Below, in pieces: positions 42,106-50,080 of a stretch of 50,080 nt of DNA. The notes under the pieces were generated by a model. The model saw only the letters and a list, made by a program, of their open reading frames with translations, was not told the DNA's origin and searched no databases. The translations under genes were made by a program, and so were the position numbers. Origin of the DNA: Betaproteobacteria bacterium (GTDB lineage Bacteria > Pseudomonadota > Gammaproteobacteria > Burkholderiales > Burkholderiaceae_C); contig JAYUQJ010000605.1 in the NCBI GenBank assembly GCA_043756825.1, positions 1 through 50,080 on the forward strand, in the 5' to 3' direction. Within the stretch, counting starts at the first letter, position 1. Each line of letters starts with the position of its first letter.

Positions 42106-43701
42106 ATGACCTCTGCGCCCCTGACGTGTTACCTACGAAGGGTTCCGATCCACTTCGCGGCGGTGATCGCGCTGCTGCTGATGGTGGGTGGCTGTGCCTC
42201 GTTGCGGCCGGACTTTCCACGCGTGCCGTCGCTGGCGATCGCTGGCGGCGAAAGCACGTCGCTCGGCCGCGCGTTTGCAATGCAGGCCAGCCAGAACCCA
42301 GGGCGGTCCGGTTTCCAGGTCATGGCCACCGGCCAATCGGCCTTCGTGACGCGCGCAGCCTTGGCCGACGCGGCTGAGCGCACGCTCGACCTGCAGTACT
42401 ACAGCGTGGGCGAGGACCTGACGACGGATCTGCTGCTGCTGCGCATCGTCGCTGCCGCCGAGCGCGGCGTGCGGGTCAGGATCCTGCTGGACGACATCCA
42501 CGCGCCGACGCGCGTGTTCGCGTGGCGCGCGATGGCCGCGCATCCCGGCATCCAGGCGCGCCTGTTCAATCCGTTCTATTTCGGCGCCACGATGAGCCTG
42601 GCTCGCCTGGGCGAATTCGCTTTCGACAGCGAGCGACTGAACCGGCGCATGCACAACAAGCTCTGGATCACGGACAACGCCGTAGCCATCGTTGGCAGCC
42701 GCAACCTGGGGGACGAATACTTCGACGCCAACGAGTCGGGCAACTTCGCCGATGTGGACCTGCTGGCTGCCGGGCCGATCGTGAACGAGTTGTCACACGC
42801 TTTCGACGCCTACTGGAACAGCGCAGCCGCCGTACCGGCGCAGGCTGTTGTCGCGGTGCCGCAGGCCGATGATGGCGCGGCGGTGCGCCAGGGCCTGCGC
42901 GCGCGCATGGCGGCGTGCGCAGGCGCTGCACCCTGTCGCTGGCTGGGCGAAGGTGGCTTGCCGGATGCCCTGCGTTCCGGCAGCGTGTCGCTGTCGTGGG
43001 CGCGTGCCCAGTTCATCTACGACGCGCCCGACCGGGGCAAGTCCAGCGTGCCCTCCGGTATCGAGCACGGGTCGATCGACGACCACCCGGGTGGCGCCCG
43101 CACGCGCAGTGAACTGCTGATCGTGTCGCCGTATTTCGTGCCGAGCGAAGCGGGACTGCGCCACCTGGGTGAGATGCGCGAGCGCGGCGTGCGTGTCGCC
43201 GTCCTGACCAACTCCCTGGCCTCCACCGACTCGCCGGCCGCGCACGCGGGCTACGCGCGGCATCGCGCAGCGTTGTTGCGCGATGGCGTGGAACTGTACG
43301 AACACAGGCCCACGCCGGGTGTTCGACACCGTCTGTCGCATCGCTGGGGCGACGCGTCACCGTCCAGCCTGCACGCGAAGATCATCATCCAGGATCGCGC
43401 GCATGCCATCGTCGGCTCATTGAACCAGGATCCGCGCTCGCGGTTGCACAACACCGAGGCCTGGATCGCTGTTGACAGCCCCGAACTGGCGGCCGACCTG
43501 GCGGCGCTGTTCGAGGCGGGAGTCGATTCGCATCATGCGTTCGAGGTCAGGTTGAACCAGGCCGAGCGGACGTGCAGGCTCGAATGGAAGACGCAAGAGG
43601 GGGGCAAGACGGTTCGCCATGGTGTCGAACCGATGACCGCGCTTTGGCTGCGGCTGTGGCGCGGCATCCTCGGTGCGCTGATCCCTGAGCACATGCTTTG
43701 A
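42106..43701 (+). CDS. Phospholipase D family protein (ClsC/YmdC-like)
   Basis: Two HKD motifs (MHNKLWITD, LHAKIIIQD), LDLQYY, LTNSLASTD; lipobox-like LMVGGC. Confidence 0.9.
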   Translation: MTSAPLTCYLRRVPIHFAAVIALLLMVGGCASLRPDFPRVPSLAIAGGESTSLGRAFAMQASQNPGRSGFQVMATGQSAFVTRAALADAAERTLDLQYYSVGEDLTTDLLLLRIVAAAERGVRVRILLDDIHAPTRVFAWRAMAAHPGIQARLFNPFYFGATMSLARLGEFAFDSERLNRRMHNKLWITDNAVAIVGSRNLGDEYFDANESGNFADVDLLAAGPIVNELSHAFDAYWNSAAAVPAQAVVAVPQADDGAAVRQGLRARMAACAGAAPCRWLGEGGLPDALRSGSVSLSWARAQFIYDAPDRGKSSVPSGIEHGSIDDHPGGARTRSELLIVSPYFVPSEAGLRHLGEMRERGVRVAVLTNSLASTDSPAAHAGYARHRAALLRDGVELYEHRPTPGVRHRLSHRWGDASPSSLHAKIIIQDRAHAIVGSLNQDPRSRLHNTEAWIAVDSPELAADLAALFEAGVDSHHAFEVRLNQAERTCRLEWKTQEGGKTVRHGVEPMTALWLRLWRGILGALIPEHML

Positions 43702-43717
43702 CACCGGCCTTGGCGAC

Positions 43718-44266
43718 TCAACTTGATTCGCGCGGTGTCGCCTTGCCGGGACGCCAGACCCAGCACGCGACTGCTGCGATGGCGGCATAGTTCAGCGCCA
43801 GCATCCACGGCGTGTTCCAGGCGGCGCCGTCGAACCCGCGCTCGGTGATCGGGTACAGCACCGCGACGGCGTAATAGTCGGCTGAATGAGTGAACACGTC
43901 GCTGACGATGTGCAACCACCAGCCCAGCAGGGGGATCCACAGCGTGCGCCGAACTGCCCACAAAACCAGCGTTACGGCAGCCGCCACGATGGCACTGTGC
44001 GTGATGCAGTGCAGGTGGCGCGACAGCAAGTCCACCGTCGCCGGCAACCCGGGCTCCTGGCCCGGCGTCGCCACGGCATAGGCCCACACCACTGCCCACT
44101 CACCACTTCCGAATGCCCACCAGGCCATGATCGGCAACAGGTGCAGCACGTCTGGCACCGCGGCCATGGCCAGCGTGGCTGCCACCGTTCGGGGCGGGAG
44201 CGGCCAGTGGCGGCGCAAGGCCGCCACACCCAGGCCCGCCCACAGGGTGTGCGCGACGATGTCCAT
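43718..44266 (-). CDS. Membrane protein, putative metal-dependent hydrolase (YdjM-like)
   Basis: MDIVAH, PD, THS, HIVSDVFTH motifs; hydrophobic. Confidence 0.75.
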   Translation of the reverse strand: MDIVAHTLWAGLGVAALRRHWPLPPRTVAATLAMAAVPDVLHLLPIMAWWAFGSGEWAVVWAYAVATPGQEPGLPATVDLLSRHLHCITHSAIVAAAVTLVLWAVRRTLWIPLLGWWLHIVSDVFTHSADYYAVAVLYPITERGFDGAAWNTPWMLALNYAAIAAVACWVWRPGKATPRESS

Positions 44267-44388
44267 GCGTGATGGCGAACCCGGCGACTTACTTCAGGAC
44301 CAGCCTGTCGGCCAGCTTGGCTGGGAACGCCGGCTGGTTGGGCATGCCGGCGCGAACTTGCCCGGCGCGGGCGTCGGCGCGTGAACTG

Positions 44389-44727
44389 TCATGGGGCCGG
44401 TCGAATGTCGGTCACCACGTAGCCCGACGCCGCCTTTTCAGCGGCGAAGCGGATCTTGTCGCCGGCCTTCAATTTGTCGAGCAGGGTCGCATCCTTCACT
44501 TGAAAGACCATGGTCATGGCCGGCATGTCCAGACTCTTGATTTCGGCATGCTTGATGGTGAGCTTCTTGGCGTCTTTGTCGACCTTGCGCACCTCGCCTT
44601 CGGTCATGTCAGCTGCCGTTGCGGCAGCGGCGGGATGATGGGCGCCGTGGCCTTCGGCCTTTTGCTGGGCCATGGCCGGGGCAACCAGGGTCGATGCCAG
44701 GGCGATGGCGGTGATGAGGTGCTTCAT
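44389..44727 (-). CDS. cusF: CusF-like periplasmic copper-binding protein
   Basis: Signal peptide; GEVRKVD, IKHAEIKSLDMPAMTMVF, LKAGDKIRF. Confidence 0.9.
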   Translation of the reverse strand: MKHLITAIALASTLVAPAMAQQKAEGHGAHHPAAAATAADMTEGEVRKVDKDAKKLTIKHAEIKSLDMPAMTMVFQVKDATLLDKLKAGDKIRFAAEKAASGYVVTDIRPAP

Positions 44728-44911
44728 TTGGATCCTTTGTGTGTGTGCAGCAATTGGCTGCGGTGGCGGGGTGTCAATCGAGGGGTGGAACGACGGCGGT
44801 ACGGCGGCTGCAAGACGGTGGCGCTGCTGTTCGCCGGCAGCAGCCGCGCGACGCCCCCAGGCCGGCGCCATGGCCGGGCGCAGCGTCGCAGTCACCCGGC
44901 GGCGGTTCAGC

Positions 44912-45430
44912 TCAATGCTTGTGTTTGGCATGCCCGTCCCCTTTTTCGGCAGCTTTACCGGCCGCCACGGCCACGGCGCCCTTCATGCCGGCGTCGTAGT
45001 GCCCGGGCTGCAGGCAGGCAAAGTTGATCTTGCCGGCCTTGGTGAACTTCCAGATCACCTGCCCGGTCGCGCCGGGTGCGACCGTGACCATGTTCGGGTC
45101 GTCGTGCTCCATCTCCGGGAACTTCTTCATCACTTCGTAGTGCTCCTTGAGTTCTTTCTCGGTGCCCAACACCAGCTCATGCTTGACCTTGCCGGAGTTC
45201 TTGATCACGAAACGGATCGTCTCGCCTTGCTTGGCATCGATGCTGGACGGCGTGTAACGCATGGCGTCACTCATGTCGATCCGTACCGTGCGGGTCACCC
45301 TGGCAGCCTTGCCGGGCTCGCCGATGGTGGATGCGGCGTGGCCGCCGGCATGCTCGCCGGCAGACCTGGCGTGCGGTGCGATGAGTGTCAAAGCGAGCGC
45401 CAGGGTGAAGGTGATGGATTGGTGATTCAT
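44912..45430 (-). CDS. Cupredoxin/plastocyanin-like protein (CopI-like)
   Basis: HELVLG, MEHDDPN, FACLQPGHYDAGM type-1 Cu ligands. Confidence 0.9.
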   Translation of the reverse strand: MNHQSITFTLALALTLIAPHARSAGEHAGGHAASTIGEPGKAARVTRTVRIDMSDAMRYTPSSIDAKQGETIRFVIKNSGKVKHELVLGTEKELKEHYEVMKKFPEMEHDDPNMVTVAPGATGQVIWKFTKAGKINFACLQPGHYDAGMKGAVAVAAGKAAEKGDGHAKHKH

Positions 45431-45473
45431 GCCAGGGCCTTTCGGGTGAGTGGAGCAAGGGTGAAAGAACGGG

Positions 45474-46154
45474 TCATGCGCGGCCGTTGGACGACGAGGG
45501 GACGACTGCGACGGCGAGATAGGCGCTGCCCCACAGCGCCGTGCGAAGGACAGTGACCTTGGCCCCTTGCCGTTCCAGAACGGCCCAGGGCCGATCCAGG
45601 TTGGCAAAGGTGGTCAGGTAGCGGCGGGCGCGGTAGAGGTTGAAGGCGTTGACGGGCCAGCCCCACAGCCAGGGCAGCGTCTTCATGCCCAACAACACGA
45701 GACGGGCGCCGGGTCGCGCGGCAGCGAACAGGCGCTCGATGGCGGCGGGCGACTGCAGCACGTCATGGGTGTACGACAGCAACATCGCGTCCGCGGCGTT
45801 CCCCGGGCGGAAATCTTCGACTGCACAGCATTCAACACGCACGGTGGCGGTGGCCGACAGTGCCGCGACGCGCCGGCGCGCCTGTGCGGCCATCTCCGGG
45901 CTCAGATCGACGCCGACCACAGTGCCACCCGCGCCGACCGCGCGCGCCAGAAGCGGCAACATGGCACCAGTGCCGCAGGCGATATCGAACACGGTTTCGC
46001 CGGCGCGCAGTTCGAGTGCCCGCACGGCCTCGACGCGCAGCGGCTCTATCCGCGTGCAACGGCTGTCGTAGCCGCTGGCCAACCGGCGATAGTTGCGCCG
46101 CGCCCGCTGCGGGTCGGGCGCCGTGCTCAGTTTGGGCATGATGGAAAGCGACAT
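45474..46154 (-). CDS. Class I SAM-dependent methyltransferase
   Basis: VFDIACGTG, GVDLSPEM; N-terminal YRRLASGYD. Confidence 0.88.
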   Translation of the reverse strand: MSLSIMPKLSTAPDPQRARRNYRRLASGYDSRCTRIEPLRVEAVRALELRAGETVFDIACGTGAMLPLLARAVGAGGTVVGVDLSPEMAAQARRRVAALSATATVRVECCAVEDFRPGNAADAMLLSYTHDVLQSPAAIERLFAAARPGARLVLLGMKTLPWLWGWPVNAFNLYRARRYLTTFANLDRPWAVLERQGAKVTVLRTALWGSAYLAVAVVPSSSNGRA

Positions 46155-46177
46155 GGCAGTGCCGGTGCTGTTGCGGG

Positions 46178-47617
46178 TCAGTGCTGTTTGTGCTGGCTGG
46201 AGCCTGCCCCAGGCTTGCGCACGGTGACCTCGGTGTCGGTCTTGGGTCGCGCCAGAGGCGGCATGGAACCGGTGCCCTCGGCCTTGAAGCGCGCCGGGTC
46301 GGGCAGCGAACCCGTCCACTCATAGGCCACCTCGCCGGGCGGGTGCTTGTACCAACCGGGGTCTTTGTAGTCGCCCGGCTTCTGGTCCTTTCGTACCTTC
46401 ACAACGCTGAACATGCCGCCCATGCCGACAGCGCCGAACGGCCCGGTGCCAGTCATCATCGCGGCGGTGTTGTCGGGCAGTGGCATTTCCATCTCGGTCA
46501 TGTCCTTCATGCCGCGCTCGCCCATCACCATGTAATCAGGGATCAACTGGGTGATCTGCTTGGCCACGCCCCGGTGGTCGACACCGATCATGGTGGGCAC
46601 GTTGTGCCCCATCGCATTCATCGTGTGGTGGCTCTTGTGGCAATGGAAGGCCCAGTCGCCTTCCTCGTCGGCCAGGAAGTCGATCTGCCGCATCTGCCCC
46701 ACCGCCACGTCGGTGGTCACCTCGTACTGGCGGCTGCTCTTCGGCGTCGGCCCGCCATCCGTGCCGGTAACCAGGAACTCGTGCCCGTGCAGGTGGATCG
46801 GGTGGTTGGTCATCGTCAGGTTGCCGATGCGGATGCGCACCTTGTCGTTCTTCCTCACCACCAGCGGGTCGATGCCCGGGAAGATGCGGCTGTTCCAACT
46901 CCACAGGTTGAAATCGAGCATCGTCATGATCTTCGGCGTGTAGCTGCCGGGGTCGATGTCGTAGGCGTTGAGCAGGAAGACGAAGTCGCGGTTCACCTCG
47001 TCGATCAGCGGATGCTTGTTCCTTGGATGGGTGATCCAGAAGCCCATCATCCCCATCGCCATTTGCACCATTTCGTCGGCATGCGGGTGGTACATGAAGG
47101 TGCCGGGCCGGCGCGCCACGAACTCGTAGACGTAGGTCTTGCCGGGTGGAATGCCCGGCTGGTTCAGCCCCGTCACGCCGTCCATGCCGTTGGGCAGGCG
47201 CTGGCCATGCCAGTGGATGCTGGTCAGTTCACCGAGCTTGTTGGTGACGAAGATGCGCACGCGGTCGCCTTCCACCACCTCGATCGTCGGCCCCGGGCTC
47301 TGGCCGTTATAGCCCCACAGATGGGCCTTGAAGCCTTCGGTCATCTCGCGCACCACGGGCTCGGCCACGAGGTGGAATTCCTTGACGCCGTTGTTCATGC
47401 GCCAGGGCAGCGTCCAGCCATTCAGCGTGACCACCGGGTTGTAGGGCCGGCCGCTTGGCGGCAGCAGTGGCGGCATGGTGTCGGGCTTGGTCTGCAGCAC
47501 CGGTTCGGGCAGGGCGGCCATGGCCACCTTGCTGACGCTGGCCGCCGCCGCGGCGGCGGTGATGGCGCCAGCGCCGCCCAGGAGATGTCGTCGGGAAAGC
47601 ATGGGGGTGTCCTTCAT
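46178..47617 (-). CDS. Multicopper oxidase, Tat-exported
   Basis: SRRHLL; HWHG, YHPH, HPIHLHGH, HCHKSHH; Met-rich tail. Confidence 0.93.
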   Translation of the reverse strand: MKDTPMLSRRHLLGGAGAITAAAAAASVSKVAMAALPEPVLQTKPDTMPPLLPPSGRPYNPVVTLNGWTLPWRMNNGVKEFHLVAEPVVREMTEGFKAHLWGYNGQSPGPTIEVVEGDRVRIFVTNKLGELTSIHWHGQRLPNGMDGVTGLNQPGIPPGKTYVYEFVARRPGTFMYHPHADEMVQMAMGMMGFWITHPRNKHPLIDEVNRDFVFLLNAYDIDPGSYTPKIMTMLDFNLWSWNSRIFPGIDPLVVRKNDKVRIRIGNLTMTNHPIHLHGHEFLVTGTDGGPTPKSSRQYEVTTDVAVGQMRQIDFLADEEGDWAFHCHKSHHTMNAMGHNVPTMIGVDHRGVAKQITQLIPDYMVMGERGMKDMTEMEMPLPDNTAAMMTGTGPFGAVGMGGMFSVVKVRKDQKPGDYKDPGWYKHPPGEVAYEWTGSLPDPARFKAEGTGSMPPLARPKTDTEVTVRKPGAGSSQHKQH

Positions 47618-47619
47618 GG

Positions 47620-49050
47620 TCAATGGCCCGCGCCCGCAGCGTCGGTGGTTGGGCCGGCAGTGGCCGCACCCATGGCCGCGGCCAGGCTGGGCTTGCCGAT
47701 CAGCGCCATATCGAGATTGGCCTGCGCGAGCCAGTAGTCGCGCTTGGCGTCGATGGCGGCGTTGACGCTGGCGATTTGCGCACGCGCATCGGCCAGCAAC
47801 TCGAACACGCCGATCAGCATGCCGTTGTAGCGCAGCACGTTCTCGTCGGCGATCTGTCTGCGCAGCGGCACGACTTCTTCGAGGTGAAAACGCGCGATGT
47901 CATACGCCGAGCGGTAAGCCGTGTAGGCCTCGCGCACTTCAGAGCGCGCGTTGATGGCCGTCTCAGCCGCGCGGTGCAGGGCCTGCATGTACACCGCTTC
48001 GGCCCTGGCCACACGGGCATCGCCCCAGTCGAACAGGGGCAACTCGAAGCCGATTTCCCAACCACGCTGGGTGGGCGCTTCATTCGAGCTGTTGCGCACG
48101 AGCCCCAGTTCCAGCACGTTGATGAAGCGCGTGGTGCGCGTCAGGCCAAGGTTGCGGGCGGTTTGTTCGGCGGCCAGCCGGGCGCCTTGCACGTCGAGCC
48201 GCTGGGCCAGGGCGGTGCGCTCCACGTCGGGCAGGTCCCGCGCTTGCTGCGGCAAGTCGGCCAGCCGCTCGGGCAACGCAAACTGGGTCTGTTCGCCCCA
48301 CAGGCCCAAAAGTCGGGTCAAACGTTCGCGCGTGGCGCGCTGCGCTTGCTCGGCCCGCGCCAGGTTGAGCGCCGCATCGGCGGCAAAGCCCTGCTCGCGT
48401 GCGCGCTGCAGCTTGTTGAAATTGCCCACCTGTTCCATGCGCCGCGCCAGCTCAGCGCCGGCCAGCGCGGCTTGCCGCACTTGCTGCATGTAGCGCACGC
48501 TCTCTTGCGCGGCCAGGGCCAGCACATAGGCCTTGCGCGTGTCAGCGGCCAGGCTGAGCATGCTCATGGCCACCATGCCCTGGGTGTGCTGGAAGCGGCG
48601 CGCTTCCATCGGCCCGACCAGCGGCAACGCCAACAGCCGGGCGAGGTTGAAATGCAGGCTGCCTTCGATCTCGACTTCGCTGCCGCGCTTCAAGCGGCCC
48701 ACGCTGAACCCGGGGTTGGGCAAGCGGCCGGCCTGCACCACTTCGGCCTCGGTGATGCCGAGTTCCTGGAACGTGGCCTGCAGGCCGCGGTTATTCAGCA
48801 GCGCGAGTTGCACCGCGTCGTCTGCACTCAGCGGTTTGGCCAGCAGTTCGGCCACGCGCTGATCGATGCCCTGCTGATCGGCGGCCGAGCGCACCCAGCG
48901 CACTTCCTTGCCGAGTTGGGCTTTGGCGGCTTGCTCAACGCTGGCAAAGCCGCCGTCGGGACTGAACGATGCGCAGCCACCCAGCAAGGCCGCGGCGAGC
49001 AGGATGGCGGGGTTCGTGGTGTGTCTCATAGTGTGTCGCATGGCACTCAT
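47620..49050 (-). CDS. TolC-family outer membrane lipoprotein (copper cluster type)
   Basis: Lipobox LLGGC; AVQLALLNN, LPLFDWG, YNGMLIGVFELL. Confidence 0.9.
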   Translation of the reverse strand: MSAMRHTMRHTTNPAILLAAALLGGCASFSPDGGFASVEQAAKAQLGKEVRWVRSAADQQGIDQRVAELLAKPLSADDAVQLALLNNRGLQATFQELGITEAEVVQAGRLPNPGFSVGRLKRGSEVEIEGSLHFNLARLLALPLVGPMEARRFQHTQGMVAMSMLSLAADTRKAYVLALAAQESVRYMQQVRQAALAGAELARRMEQVGNFNKLQRAREQGFAADAALNLARAEQAQRATRERLTRLLGLWGEQTQFALPERLADLPQQARDLPDVERTALAQRLDVQGARLAAEQTARNLGLTRTTRFINVLELGLVRNSSNEAPTQRGWEIGFELPLFDWGDARVARAEAVYMQALHRAAETAINARSEVREAYTAYRSAYDIARFHLEEVVPLRRQIADENVLRYNGMLIGVFELLADARAQIASVNAAIDAKRDYWLAQANLDMALIGKPSLAAAMGAATAGPTTDAAGAGH

Positions 49051-49433
49051 GGCACCTTGTGCCCGCTGTGGCCCTGCGGCGCGGCTGCCGGCTTGCCCAC
49101 GGGCCTGGGGGCTCCTGTGGGCGCTGAAGCAGGCACTGCGGGCGTTGGCGCAACCTGCGCCGGCAGCGGCTCTTGCGCCTCGCGGGCATAGGCGCGCCAG
49201 CCGCCGATGCGGGTGACGGTGTCGTTCGCGTCGCGCCAGCCGATGGGCTTGTCAGCCTGCCCCGGCGGCGCCGGTACGAGCGACGAGCGGTACACCAGCC
49301 TGGGCACGCTGGCCTTGGCGTCGAGCGGATCGGGGCGCACGGCGCCGGCCGGCGGTGATGGTTGCGCAGGCACGGCCACAGTGGTGATGCACAGCGCGGC
49401 GGGTGCGAACCAGCGCAAACAGGTCTTGATCAT
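49047..49433 (-). CDS. Exported hypothetical protein of the copper cluster
   Basis: Signal peptide; WRDANDTVTRIGGWRAYAREA; stop overlaps TolC start. Confidence 0.75.
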   Translation of the reverse strand: MIKTCLRWFAPAALCITTVAVPAQPSPPAGAVRPDPLDAKASVPRLVYRSSLVPAPPGQADKPIGWRDANDTVTRIGGWRAYAREAQEPLPAQVAPTPAVPASAPTGAPRPVGKPAAAPQGHSGHKVP

Positions 49434-49545
49434 GGGGTCCTCTCGTCAGGGTCTGAACGCCCGGCTCGCCATCAAAGCAGCGAGGGGCAGACTGGGCCCG
49501 GCGTCGCACCGCATGCCCGTGCACGCGACGCAACGCCCTGGCAGG

Positions 49546-50016
49546 CTAGACGAGCAGGAGTCGAGGCGGCCGATCCGGGCCGACGGTGGCAAAGGGTTCG
49601 ACCGTGGCCACGACGGCCATGAAAACGGTGGGCGTGAGCTCAGGCGAAGGCACGATCAGCGCAGCGCTGAAAATCGCAGCCGCCGAACAGCACGATGCAC
49701 AGGCGCTGCATTTGTGCTGCTCGGCCTGTGCCAAGCTCGCCGGCTTGGCCTGACCCGCCGGCGCAAATTGCCCGCGAACTTGATCGCCCGAGTCAGCCGG
49801 CGCCGCGAGAACAGGATTGTGTGGTGCGGGGCTCGCAGGCTGGCCATGCTGGTGCACCTGCCGCGCCGGCTGGGCCATGGCCTGGTCATGCTGGTGGGCG
49901 ACCGTTCTGGCTGCATGACCCGGCCCGCACAACGCCATGGTGGCAGCGGCCGCGCCCTGCATGGGCAGCGCCAGCACCAGCAGCCAGACCAAGACCGTTC
50001 GAACCCAGGTAACCAT
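49546..50016 (-). CDS. Cys/His-rich small protein (CopL/DUF2946-like)
   Basis: Hydrophobic N-terminus, His-rich middle, CSACASCC, C-terminal DRPPR. Confidence 0.75.
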   Translation of the reverse strand: MVTWVRTVLVWLLVLALPMQGAAAATMALCGPGHAARTVAHQHDQAMAQPARQVHQHGQPASPAPHNPVLAAPADSGDQVRGQFAPAGQAKPASLAQAEQHKCSACASCCSAAAIFSAALIVPSPELTPTVFMAVVATVEPFATVGPDRPPRLLLV

Positions 50017-50080
50017 GCGGCCACTCTAACGCAATTGCGGCAGGCTCACCGTGCGGCAGCGCACCGCGCGATTTAAGGTA

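Noticed and set aside
44289-44392. Short ORFs after cusF as a gene remnant
   Set aside because: Too short, with no motif I can assign reliably

Overview
High-GC chromosomal segment whose gene order (rph-PP2C-kinase/yicC, gmk-rpoZ-spoT, serS/tRNA-Ser, fkpB-ispH, radC) is typical of Burkholderiales Betaproteobacteria (inference). Most of it is housekeeping and signalling: ParA-like ATPase, cold-shock protein, GMC oxidoreductase, DEAD-box helicase, MATE, a Cpx-like two-component module, GGDEF-FlhG-globin, cheR-cheD-cheB, hemW-rdgB-rph. Two accessory blocks are present. The first (about 29.8-35.7 kb) lies between yicC and gmk and holds PhoX flanked by two PEP-CTERM proteins with back-to-back Pho-box-like promoters, a decayed gspG interrupted by a MITE, and a GlyGly-CTERM-like relic with a 9-bp tandem repeat. 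The second (39.1-50 kb) is a copper cluster (P1B-ATPase, CusF-like, cupredoxin, multicopper oxidase, TolC) that also carries a methyltransferase and a phospholipase D. Non-coding highlights are a compact structured RNA candidate at about 1039-1168, two MITE types with different ends but a shared internal core (one sits at TGA stop codons in both copies), a perfect CpxR-type box, and a C13(AC)8 tract before rpoZ. No CRISPR, rRNA, integrase or transposase was seen. All calls come from motif recognition by eye; no database searches were run.
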